Both the position numbers and the translations under genes were made by a program. A stretch of DNA of 62,718 bases, filler included, from Collodictyon triciliatum (Eukaryota): the NCBI GenBank assembly GCA_043381765.1. It is 8 parts of 8 records of this genome, joined end to end, with 100 filler letters (N's around TTAATTAATTAA, not from the genome) between each part and the next. Parts side by side here need not be neighbours in the genome. Positions count along the whole stretch, not along the records: positions 16,353 to 24,456 come from JBHJMP010003588.1; positions 24,557 to 32,651 come from JBHJMP010003591.1; positions 32,752 to 40,846 come from JBHJMP010003592.1; 5 more parts are not named here. One strand, written 5' to 3'. Under the pieces are notes generated by a model. It was not told the origin of the DNA. It searched no databases and saw nothing but the letters and a program-made list of their open reading frames with translations. Positions 23,330 through 35,800 of this stretch are shown here, in pieces. The stretch's first letter is position 1. Every line of letters starts with the position of its first letter.

Positions 23330-23958
23330 AGGCAACACCGCTTTGCTCGGCCGTCAAGATAAGCGATTCAGGCAACAAACCCACGCACGAGCCTTTTCAT
23401 CTCTTGCTGCTCTCGTCGTTCTCTGGTATTCTCCGCTCCGCATGTTGTATTCGGGGCGTATTGCGGCTGAGATAGTGTTGTTTACTCTTGCAGCAAAAGA
23501 GTTTACTTCTTAATAATATATGTGCGTGTACCGTTTTCTTTCTTTTTTTTTTCTTTGGAAGTTCGTATTTGGGATTGATATATAGAGGTCGATTAGAGAC
23601 AAAGTTCTGTGTTTGGGGTGTTCTGTTTTCATAGCTTGTTTGGACAGCGACAGGAAGAGCATGGCATATAGTTAAAAGGGATTTTTGAAGCCCCATCAGA
23701 GGTAGGTGAATGTGAGCGATGAAAGAAGGGATGCAGCAGGAAAGAGAGAAAGAGAGAAAGAAAAAGGTTGGATGAGTCAAAAGGAATTGAGCCGATGGCA
23801 AAGATATTCTTCTTTCCCTTTCGTTGCTCGTTTCCGTGCCCAACAACGCGAGAATAACTTCTGGTGTAAAAGATGATAGATGGATGAATCAGGACCTGTG
23901 ACATCATCTCTATTTCTGTGATGACAAAAAGAAGGCGTTCTGGGTATTGTGTGCCCTG

Positions 23959-24060
23959 TTATTTCTTGCGGCGGATGTTTGCGCCTTTGTTGAATTCCTC
24001 CAACTCAGACCTCTGAATCATGATGCGCAAAACCATATTGATGATGGTTGCCGGAGTTCC
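23959..24060 (-). CDS. Probable terminal exon of an MCM5-like gene (C-terminal winged helix)
   Basis: After a ccag acceptor the frame reads GTPATIINMVLRIMIQRSELEEFNKGANIRRKK*, which resembles MCM5 C-termini. Only 33 aa are visible. Confidence 0.5.
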   Translation of the reverse strand, partial: GTPATIINMVLRIMIQRSELEEFNKGANIRRKK

Positions 24061-24305
24061 CTGGACGAGCATAGAGTAAATGGTGAATATTTCTTACTCT
24101 TTTGTAATGACCCAAGATATAAGAAATAAAAGAGGAAAAGGAAAAGGGCGAATGGATTCGTTGGCAGAATCATTATCCATGGAAACGACGGTGATGTTTA
24201 GGTATAGAGTGTGCATGATACCACAAGAAAAGCTGAAAAGTAGCTCACTAAAGATTCAATTCAAACCAGCTCCTTCCTTCGAAATCATGAAAAAGGTAGA
24301 CAAAC

Positions 24306-24456
24306 AAAATAAAATAAAATAAAATAAAATAAAATAAAATAAAATAAAATAAAATAAAATAAAATAAAATAAAATAAAATAAAATAAAATAAAATAAAAT
24401 AAACATAAACATAAACATAAACATAAACATAAACATAAACATAAACATAAACATAA
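24306..24456. repeat. (AAAAT)n followed by (AAACAT)n compound microsatellite
   Basis: Direct inspection. Confidence 0.95.
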
Positions 24457-24737
24457 NNNNNNNNNNNNNNNNNNNNNNNNNNNNNNNNNNNNNNNNNNNN
24501 TTAATTAATTAANNNNNNNNNNNNNNNNNNNNNNNNNNNNNNNNNNNNNNNNNNNNTTTTTCTTTTTTCTTTTTTCTTTTTTCTTTTTTCTTTTTTCTTT
24601 TTTCTTTTTTCTTTTTTCTTTTTTCTTTTTTCTTTTTTCTTTTTTCTTTTTTCTTGGTCCTTGAACAACTTGGGGGGATCACAAACAGCCTTATTGTTTT
24701 TTTTCTTACGTCAATGACACAAACCGGTTATCCAAAG

Positions 24738-27700
24738 GTCCCCCCAGAGGTCGCAAATGCGCGAAGACTCGCACGAGAAGACATCGAAGGCGGCCGCTTG
24801 GATCAGGCATTGAAGACACTCAACGAGGTTCGGTTAGTCAGCTGCATATTGCTTCTGCGCTCACAAGATTTGTGTATGCCTCTGAGCACAGGCCTTATCT
24901 TGCGATTTTCTCACGAGACGCTTGCATGTAGATGATTGACAAACACCCAGAGTGTCATCTGTCCTACATGGACCGGGCTTGTCTACACTTTTTGATGGCT
25001 AAGTCAGTGGACACTCTCTTTAAGAAAACGAAGAAAGAAAGAAAGAAAAAAAAAAGGAGCCTATCTAGGCTGATTCAAAAACACTCACTCAGTTTTGACG
25101 CGCACAAGCCTCCGTCTCTCAAATCCGCATTGGCCTTCTACCAACGATCTTAATTATATCTATTTTGTTTTATCTAAATACACTAGGTTCAGTGCCGGCT
25201 TCGAAGACTTACACGCGTGTATCAGAGTCACTCCACTCTACTTTGCTGTACTATCACATCAGTTCATCTCGTGCTTCTCTCAACATATCAAACTTGTTAA
25301 AGACTATATCTCCTACATCAGAGTATGGTGTCCGTATGTTGACGCATTTTTATTTGTTTAGGAGTTCATATCTGTGGCAAACTCGCAACTGAGAATCAAT
25401 CGCCCCAAGGCATGCCTCGGCTTGATCATTTTCGTCCTCATGCAGTCCACCACACGAATTCCAATCGACCAGATATATGATGCGCTTGTATTGCTATCGA
25501 GAGCCCTATTCCCCTCCGAACCCAGTCCAGAGTCCTCTCAGAAGCCAGAAAAGATGGACGACTATTTCCGTTGCAATCTTTGCAGCCATCTGCTTGTTGC
25601 TCCGGTGACGAATGCATGTGGACACAGCCTCTGTTTCTACTGCGCTGACTCTGCGCATGTATGCCCCACGTGCCGGTTCCCGTGGATGAAGGAAAACGCA
25701 CAAACAAGTGTTGCATTAGACCAGATTATCTGCATCGTCGACCCCCAAAGCCATTCCACCTACAAGTCACTGAGCCACATCCTCAAGAAGCAGATTAAGT
25801 GTCCACTGGAGGTTTGAACTAACTTTTTGTTTGGTTCTTTTAATTATAAAAGAATTGGAATTCTTATGTTATAGCCATGATGAAGATGATATAGGATGAA
25901 GAATGTATGTCCGTAGGTGTATGAAGTTTATGATCTTCTTGAACAGTTCGACATGAAGCTTATTCAAAACTTAGGCTGCAGAGAAACTGGACAGACTTGC
26001 ATCTGAGAAGCCCGATAGCGTGCCTGTGTCTGTATTGAGAATAACGTCGTTGCAATCACAAGGAAAAGTTATGGATGCACTTCTTCAATCATTTTTGAGT
26101 CTAAAAAGGAGTCCAAAAAGTCTCGACTTACTGTCCGTCACATGCCAGACCATCAACTCATTTTTCACACTCACACCGTCAGTCGAGGTAACCCAGATTC
26201 CATTCTCATATACTTTTAGACTAATGCTCGATTCATTCTTCAACACAGTTGTTTTTATCTTTCAATGCCAACATGCAAACTGGTGTCCAACCAACATTAT
26301 GTACATAGGAGTCCATATCAACCAAGATGTACCATCTTGTAGCATATTTTTTCCGCGAATATCTAAGGTATACACCAAATCACAAACTTACAGATCTTTA
26401 TAGCCGAAGGAGCTATTTATTTAATACGGGCGCATATTCATTTCCTTGTACTTACATTAAACTACCCAAAGAATCGAAGAAATTTATAATATGAAATGGT
26501 GTAATTATGTAAAATAAAATAAAAAAGAATCAAGAAACGAGATATATTCCCTCTTTTACGCACAACAGACGCATCGACACAAACGAGGTAGCTTGTTCAC
26601 AAAAACGGCAGGAGAACATCACCCGTTCCTTCGAGCCATTATTTGCAAAGATGGCCAACACTCGATTCCTGGACTCTATTGTCTGCAGCAACTGGCCCTT
26701 GGCAGACACTACCCCACCCATATGCGTCTTGCTGGGCGACTTGGAGCAGTATGCACAGGCCCAAATACAGGCTGCAGAGGCGCCGACTTGTGAACCCGTT
26801 TTCTTGGCCAAGAGGCCTGCGTGCTCGTCCGAGGAATGTGCCGATGGGTCGCGCAGTTGCAAACAGAGCGTCCGCCGTGAGCCTGCATCATCGCTTCGAG
26901 ACAAGATTCTGGAAGAGCTGCAGTGCATTTTATGCATGGAGCTGATGCTCGACCCGGTCACCACGTCATGCGGGCATTCATTCTGCAAAGTCTGCCTTAC
27001 TCGGAATCTAGACCATCGAAACACGTGCCCGCAGTGCCGCGCTGACTTGCAGGACTATATTCGTCCGGACCTGCAGGTTGTGGACCAAACGCTCTCTGGT
27101 ATCATCCACTGCGAATACAAAGGTGTCTTCTTGCGTAATATGCGCATGCTTTCGAGATATTCCTCGGTCCCATTTTCCTTTTTCTTATTTATTTTTTTCA
27201 ATCTTCCTTTATTTACTACACCGTCTAGCACGCTTCAACGATTTCATCTTGGATACTTTCTTTTATAGCTGAGTACGAGGAGAGAGTCAAGAGCCATCAG
27301 AAGGAAGTTGCCCAGCAAAGGCAATATCTGCCCATTTTTGTGTGCTCTCTTCTGCTGCCGCACATCGAGTGTCCACTGCATATATTTGAACCAAGATATA
27401 GGTTGCTACTTATTTTTATACATCCTTTCCTATATAAGTCTGTTTTATTTCCCTTGATGGTTTGTTGACCCACGAATTTATTTATTTATTTATTTTTTAC
27501 CAAAACGACCATTCAAATGTTATTGTAAATGATAATAATAACAAAAACTATACTATGATTAATGTCGTTGACATATACTCTTGACTTTATTTCGTCTCCA
27601 CGCACATATGCCTGTATGACTACCAGTCAGTCTGTATAGACCATGGAATGATTCTTATATAAATCGAAGAATAAGAAGGGCGAAAAAACGAGCCCTTTCG

Positions 27701-28525
27701 TATCTGACGAAAGATTATGAGAGCTCTCTCCTGTTTCTTTATCCCAAACCTCATCTGAGAAAAAATCGCAGGTTGATGGTCCGACGGGCCATGGAATCTG
27801 GCGAAAAGAGATTCGGTATGATTGTACACGACGGCCCGTGGGAAGAAGACAGCCATGCAGTATACGGCACCACGGTAGAGATTCGCTCGGTCGATGTACG
27901 TGCATAATCGTTCTCTGCATTTCCATCTGCATATAATCTTACTTTCCCGCACTTTGTGCCTACTAATATTCACTCTTTTCTATCTATGTAGTCCTTTCAC
28001 CCTAATCATGCCTTAATTTTTTTTTATTCATTTTGTTTCCAATATCTCTTCATTCAATTACCAAGAGACCATCTCGTTCACTCGTGCGAATCTATCTATA
28101 AATGCTTACAAATACCTACCATTGCTGACAAACAACGCAGCTGCTGGAAGACGGGCGCTCTCTTGTCGATGCGTTCGGAGGAAAGCGGTTCCGGATTGTC
28201 GATAAATCTGTGCAGGATGGTTATCTCGTGGCACAAGTCGAGTGGATTGAGGATATTGACCAGGTCAGTCGGTTCTTCTCATACCCATCAACCATCCGCC
28301 ACCATCCACTGTCGGTTCACTTTTTCTTTTTTTTTTTTTTTGATAGCATTATTCTTTTTTATCTTATCGGATTAATTTTTTTCTTATTATTGCCTTTCCT
28401 TCTATCGACCAACTTTTTTTCAGAACGATACAAACATCAATATCATTTGTAGAATCCGGTGTCTGAGGAAGACATAGCAAACCCGAGCCTAAACAGGAAC
28501 CATCTGCAAGTGGGTGGTGGTTACC

Positions 28526-28598
<73 letters not shown>

Positions 28599-29208
28599 CC
28601 GGATAGACTTAATGAACTCATCGCCTCATCTCCGCAACATAGACCCGCATCATCACAAACATCGTGCGACGACGGGCCGTGGAGCTTCTTCAGGCTCTGG
28701 GCAGGCGGGCTGCGGCGATTGTGGAGCAGCAGAACGGGCCGATGCCGCCAGACACGCAGCCGTCGCAGTTTTCATTCTGGATTATGAATCTCCTGCCGAT
28801 AAGCCCTGTCGCAAAGTACCAGTTTCTGAAGATTCGCTCCGTCTACGAGGCAATACGTCTCATCCATTCATTTTTTCCTCTTCTATTCATATCGCTATTA
28901 CTATCTTTATTATTATCATTACCATTATCATTATCATTATCATTATCTATGAGCATCAGCGTAATTCATCCTTACTATTTTGTGCTACTGCTGTGTCGTG
29001 CAGAGGTATCAACGAATCGCAGCCATCATGGGCATCGAAATCCCCATACAGATCACGGATCCGAATGCCCCGCAGGCGCAGCCCGTTAATCCAACGGTAC
29101 CTATCAGAAGAGATGATGACGATGACGACGATGATGATGACGACAACGATGATGATGATGACGAATATGTTGATGTTGATGATGACGATGATGACTATCA
29201 GGATAGTT
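24738..29208 (+). CDS. LON peptidase N-terminal domain and RING finger protein (LONRF-like): TPR-like + RING + RING + LON substrate-binding domain + acidic tail; 5' partial
   Basis: RING1 CNLCSHLLVAPVTNACGHSLCFYC..CPTC. RING2 CILCMELMLDPVTTSCGHSFCKVC...CPQCR. LPIFVCSLLLPHIECPLHIFEPRY; GTTVEI; DGRSLVDAFGGKRFRI..DGYLVAQVE; FSFWIMNLLPI. Confidence 0.9.
28526..28597. repeat. (GAT)n microsatellite, intronic in the LONRF-like gene
   Basis: Lies between donor CAA|gtgggt (~28510) and acceptor catag|ACC (~28642), which join in frame. Confidence 0.85.
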
Positions 29209-29885
29209 GAGAAAGCCATCTTAATGCCTTAGGCAAACACAATACACCCGCATATATACACCCATACTTGATAACCCTCCCTATTGAATGTCCTCTCTGA
29301 AATGAATCGATAAAATACCGCTGAAAGTCAATTGAAAAGAAAAAAAGGAAAACGCGCACATGTCAAGCCAAACCGGCACATCGCCTGCGGCAGAACACCA
29401 CGAGAAAGGGCGTACTTTATCAAAGCCTAGTCTTTTCCGTTTCCTCCGTTTTGTTGCTTTTGCAATTTTTTGTCTTGCTTTGTTCTGTATTGTATTTTGA
29501 TTCAAATATATATATATAAAGATGGGTTTTGTACGAATTGTAAGGAAAAGGCACGGCCGTGTGGGTATCTCGTGGCAATCACTTCACTGGACAGCAAATT
29601 AGGGTATTGTCGAGACCCGCTGAGCTGCTGTCATCTTCCTTTCCTTCCTTTTTGGTTTATTCTGATGGAGGGCTTTTGCCTCTTCGTGTTGATTTGGACT
29701 CTTCTGAGCTGTCTGCGTGTATATATGTCCCATCATCTAATCCTTTTTCTTCTTTTTCTTTTTTGATGATGGTGGTGGATGAATCCATCAGTCGATTGGC
29801 TGAGGGGTGGACGGCCTTGTAGACGGAGTGGCAGGGACACTCGGGCCCGGTCCACGAGGAAGAGATATAGAGAAGAGAAGGGGCG

Positions 29886-32367
29886 TCACTTGCGCTTGGC
29901 GGCTGCGGGTTTGAGGCGCTCGACATCAGCGGCGCACTTTTTCGTCTCGGGGTGTTGTGGGCCGAGCTTCTGGGCATAGACGGCGAGGGCCTTTGAAAGC
30001 AGGTCGAGAGCCTCGGCTGGTCTCTTCTGGTTCTCGTGCAGGAGGCCCATGTTGCGGTGCGTCATGGCCACGTCCGGGTGTTGCGTCCCGTAGACCTTGA
30101 CGCGTATGGCCAGCGCCTTTGCGTAGAAGTCCAGTGCGGCGGCAAAGCTGCGGTGAAGGTGGTTTCAGAGACTCGGTCTCAAGTGAGTTGCTCTTTTTTC
30201 TATCTTTTTTTTTTCTAATTTGCCTTTTTTATGTGTGTTTTTTCTGTGTTTTTTTTTGTTTCTGGTTTCTTCTCTAGTTTCTTTAAATTTTTTATTTCCA
30301 ACTTATTTACTTTTATCTATTCTAATTCACTTCATCCCCTGCGTATGTGTTGCGGATACGAGACGCTTACTTTTTCTGGCGCTCGTAGACACCCGCGATG
30401 TTGTTGTAAGTGGTGGCGACGTCTGGGTGGGACTCTCCGAGAGTCTTGAGTTTGATGGGCAGAGACAGATTGTAGTATTCCAGTGCCTTACCAAAGCTGT
30501 TTGGATGGGACGAGAAGATGGGGATGGGATGTGGTTAACGCCTCGGGTGGTTTTGCTTCATGTTTATGCTGAAAGTATACTTAATGTTTTCTATTTTTTG
30601 GAAAAGAAAAAGGAAAAAAAAAGGGCACTAAAATGCAGAGAAAATAAATAGCTAGAGTATCTCCATGTTTGCACCAAACGATGTGACCGAGGCGATGCAC
30701 CCAAAACATATTTTGTTATATTGTTTTTCCTTCATTCATATAAATAAAAGCTACTCTCCGATGCTGTAATAAACGCTTCCTATGTTGTTGTACGAGGCCG
30801 CGATGCTTGGCGAGCTTGGGTCGAGAAGCTTTTGCTTAATCGCAAGGGATTTCTGGTGGTAATCCAACGCTTCCTTGTGTCTGTCATTTTCACGAACAAC
30901 AATTTAGTTACAGCCTCTTTTTTTCTTCGATATCGAAATAAAAATATTGTTCAGATAAAATAGGAGGATGAAGTCTTTTAAGACAACTTGCCCATTATCA
31001 CATTTCAAGATTGAGAATATTTATTCTGAACAAACAAAAACCTTGAAAGGCTGTCGTATATAATGCCGATGTTATTATAGGAGGCCGCAACATCGCTATG
31101 AGTTTCTCCGAGAACTTTTAACTTCACTTGCAATGACTTGTTATAGTAGTTTAACGCCTCATCCAGTCTGCATGGGACAAGAAAATTGGTGTTTTAAATG
31201 AAAAAGTTGCAAATATAGGGAAAATATGATGGCAACGATGAAAGATTTAGAAGCGGGATTCTTAATACTTTGACATCTTATAGTAAACAAGCCCGATGTT
31301 ATTGTAAGTCGTGGCCACATCTGGGTGGTTATCTCCATGGACTTTGAGACGAATTTGTAGAGATTTGTTGAAGCACTCGAGCGCTTTTTCCTGTCTGTAT
31401 TCATCGATTTATGCACGGCGTTGAAAAAAAAGTTTATGTAATAAGAAAAAAAGTGCCTTTTGTGTAGAAAATCACGGGTAATAGGCAGGGAAAACAAGAA
31501 AACGAAAATCAAGGGAGAAAAAAGGAGGGAGAAGGATAGGCAAAAACACTCATAATCACAGAGACATGAACTATGGTTTTTCTTCAGGATAAAAAAATAG
31601 CTAATTGGCGATGTTATAATTTCCAATATAGTGATTTATTTTATTTTTTTTGTTTCTGACTAAAATACCTTGAAAGGGTGTAATGAATGAGCCCAACACC
31701 GTTGTACACATTCCCCACGGACACGTGGGACTCTCCGTGTAACCGCATTCGAATCTGCAGAGCCTTTGAATAATGCTCTAGAGATTCGTTCAACCTACAC
31801 AACCACACACAGGCGTTTTATGGACATAATACAAATACACCCGCTATTTCTAAGATTATGTGTAGGAACTTAAAACAAAAGTGTATGTATTATGAAACTG
31901 TGTTCATGAAGTCTTTTCTATTTCTATTTCTGTTTCTATTTCTGTTTCTATGTAAATCGACGATTGACATCGAAGCATACTTTGATTTTGTAAAGTATAA
32001 ATTCGTCATCGCCTCGAAAACTTCGACCGTGGGCACCTGGAATTCTCCAAGAGCTTTCATTCGAATCTTCAAAGCATTATAGTAGTTCGATACAGCCTCT
32101 TCTAGTCTGTGACAGGGATGGATACGTGCATGATAAAAATTAGCAAAACTATTTATTCAATATGATGAATCACTTCCAAAATAAAATAAAAAATAAAATG
32201 AATGGGATGTGCTATCAATCTTCAGCATTCATGGTTTATACATTTTGAGTGAGCCGTAGGCTGGAGCTATGTTGAAGTATGATGTGGCAACACTCTCGTG
32301 CTCGGGTCCAAAAGCCTTGAGGCGGATAGCAAGTCCTTTTGCATATGAGGCCGATGACATGTCGTGC
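29886..32367 (-). CDS. TPR-repeat protein (42-aa KLC/NPHP3-type TPR_10/12 repeats), 5' partial. Exons 32242-32367, 31981-32106, 31669-31794, 31269-31394, 31042-31167, 30755-30880, 30371-30496 (each 126 nt) and terminal exon 29886-30147
   Basis: Each exon encodes xxxALxYYxKSLxIxLKxLGExHPxVAxxYNNIGxVY. All are bounded by AG/GT in phase 2. Confidence 0.93.
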
Positions 32368-32887
32368 CTGGGTGAATTGAGGGATTTGTATGAGCCTTTG
32401 TGAATCTGAATGGGTTGTTTATATTACATTCTGTTTAGTTTTAATCTTGGGCTGTTGTTTGTGGGGAACATATTGGTCTCATAGTTTTGGGGTTATAATG
32501 GTGTTATTTCATGTGTGCTTTGAGGTTTTCTTACATTTTTTTGGTTTTTTGGTTTTCTTGTTTTTTGTTTTTTGTTTTTTGTTTTTTGTTTTTTGTTTTT
32601 TGTTTTTTGTTTTTTGTTTTTTGTTTTTTGTTTTTTGTTTTTTGTTTTTTGNNNNNNNNNNNNNNNNNNNNNNNNNNNNNNNNNNNNNNNNNNNNTTAAT
32701 TAATTAANNNNNNNNNNNNNNNNNNNNNNNNNNNNNNNNNNNNNNNNNNNNAGGAGGAGGAGGAGGAGGAGGGGAGGGGAGGGGAGGGGAGGGGGGCAAT
32801 GTCTGCGAGAATTTAAAGACGATATCAAATTCTTGAAAATAAAAACCTACATCAACAAAACCAAACAATAAAAGTAAAATCAGAAAA

Positions 32888-35800
32888 TCAAGAGAAGTGG
32901 AAGTGAGATAGACATAAAGCCTGATATACAGAATGTGCCCTACCAGGATTTTTCCATTCATTCAAATAATTTGCGCTCGACATGGACAGGAGAAATTCAG
33001 AATTATTATAACCCCAGTGCTCCCGAAGAGCGCGAAAGGCGCCAGGAAAATAATTCTTGAAATTGAAAGAAGGAAATGGCCCATTCACATCCTCCAAGAT
33101 TACAGACGGAGTCCAGTCGATAGATCCTTTAGAAAATGTCGTATCCATCTCAGATGGATCGGTTCCGGCATCACTTTGATTTCGTCTGTGGCCTGTGCGC
33201 AGACCTTGCAGAAGAGACTTCCTCGAGTCTTGCGGGCGCGACATGACTTTCTGTTCAGGGGTTTCTCGAAAGTACGTATGGAAGCTGTGGTAGGCACTCT
33301 CAGTAACTTCTTCTACAGCGTTTTGACTGGGTAATTTGTCGGGATCGGATATTCCGCTGAGGTTCAAGACACGCATGGTTTCTGACACAGATTTCTCTAG
33401 ATGAATACTGTTTCTGGACATCTCGTGGCGCAATGTGAGGCGAAATCCAAGGCGAATACACGGGAGAATATTGACTCGTTTGTTGAGTCGTGCTTTAGGA
33501 TCTGCAACCAATGAGCTCCTAGGTGAAAACTGACTAGAAGAACGATGATGCTGATTCAATACACTGCTTTCTAACCTAAAGTAGTAGAATTTTTTTTCTG
33601 CTTAGAAAGGCACACCAGGATGTTCAACAAACTTGTCCCTGATTTGGTTCGATGGTGTCTATATCTACTAACTTTTCCAAAAATTTCTCTAATAATAAGA
33701 CAAAAAAGCAGGAGGTTCACTTGAAATTTTGATAACGTACCATTGCAAGTCAAGGTCTGGGTACTTCTCACAACAATCGAGGTAGAAGCGATGATAAGGT
33801 ACAGTAACGTTACTAATATCATTCGATGTAGTCCACAGTTTGAGCAGTTCTGATGCCTGATATTCAGATATATTGGCAAGTTATTACATAAGGTGAGAGG
33901 TATGCAAATATTAAATTAATAGCAATATTAACATGTTAAATTAAATTAAATTAAAAAATAAAGTGGTGTAAAATCCACCTTTCCGATGATTATTTGTAGA
34001 TCAACAAACAGAGTTGACAGAGACTCATGAAGCTGAAATAATCATGTATGTTAGGGTAAGGGTCTTTGATGACATCATTTTGTGAATTAATTGTTCAAAA
34101 ATAAAATTTTTGGTTTTGGATTCTTACATCCTTTGCTTCAGGGTTGGTAACAGTTTGCTGACATGAATAGCGAACAGCACTAGCAATAGATATTTCCATC
34201 ATTTGGAAATCCTTTACGACTTCGATGAATACATGTTGTAACAGCGCAACCTTGCTACATTTCAAGAAAATAAATTACAATATAGAATTTGTGCTATTCA
34301 CTAGTTTATTTACTATATTTCGATACGGCAATTCAGTTTTTTTTTTCTCTGAACTATCACTAGCAGATCAACATTTTGAATAAACTTTTGACAAATGTAT
34401 CTTAACGTTTTCATGAACATTAAAAAAGAGCAGCGATATATATATTTCTTACCAAGCATCATTAAAAACTTTCGTTGACGAGAGGTACCGGAAGTTTTGG
34501 CGTCCTATAACATATAGCAAGACGACGGCTTTGGAACGTTGCTGGGGATTTGGGTTATTGCAAATCCTCAATATTTCCACTGCGATCTGTCGGAGTTTCT
34601 CTTGGCCTTTAACTCTATAAACCCATTCAAATACCACGTTACGTAAAATGAGTCTGGAAAGGGATGACAAGGATAAAGAAGTCAGGTTTCTTAAGTAAGG
34701 GGAAAGGTAGGAGGGAACACCTTATATTACGTAATAATAAATATGTGTGTAAATAATTATCAAACTTTTTAAACAAGTCCTCGTTGAAATAAGGAATCAG
34801 AAGCCTCCAACATGTCATGGCTGAATTAGCAACTTTATAAGACTGCTCCAACTGTAAAATAGCCAGAAATATGTCCACAATATAATCAACGAAAGGCGTT
34901 TTTGCAGATGGTGCTATTCTCTGGAGGTATGTATGCAGAACTCCTAAAACTATCAGCGTGACTTCAACAGAAAGGAAGCGTGATGTAAATTGCATGTTGA
35001 GACTGGTTATTGAATTGATCATCTCATTCCGGTGAGGCGATGGAGATACGGCTTCATTAGATCCGGGTTTATTCGCTACTCCTTGCTCGCTGGAATCAGC
35101 CGGAGAATGGTCTGATGCAAATGTTACGATACAAGCCTGTAAAAACCCAAATAATTTCCTGGTTGCAGTGACGGTGGATAATTCGTCCTAAAAGATTTTA
35201 GTCATGTAAAAATAAGCATATAAATAAAGTAAATAGACAGCATTGCAGCCTTTAGTGAGAAAACCATGGCCAATTGGATACATGATGTTACCGTATAAAC
35301 TTTCGCAAGTTTCCATTTTGGTATATTTTTCATCACCCATAGTACACAGAGCAAGTACGTCTTTCTTTCCTCTTGGTCTTCAGGTATGTGGTACATCGTC
35401 AGTAAAGCAGAATATATGTCAGCAAGTTCCATCTTGTCATCAGCCGTTTGATATCGAGAGTCGTAATCGTGTTTCACGAGCAAGTCTTTCATCATAGTAA
35501 CTAAAATAGTTGTCACATTTTCGTTATAGATTATGTACGATATAATCATATGATTGTGCAATATATATATATATATAAAGAACATAATGTAAATAATGAC
35601 TAATCCCCCTCCTCTTTGTTATGGAAATACTATTTACTGATTCCTTTGCGGTAGTTTGGGTGTGATGTGGTCGACAAGGCGCATTTGACTTCGTGCAGTA
35701 AAATGGATGCCGGAACATTTTTGCAAGTTCCATCTAGAGATATTAAATAGATGAATAAAGGGAAAAAAAGAAAAAAAGAAAAAAAGAAAAAAAGAAAAAA

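Noticed and set aside
28459-29232. 257-aa poly-Asp ORF and the antisense poly-His ORF
   Set aside because: These read through intronic (GAT)n. The real LONRF exons use other frames after splicing.
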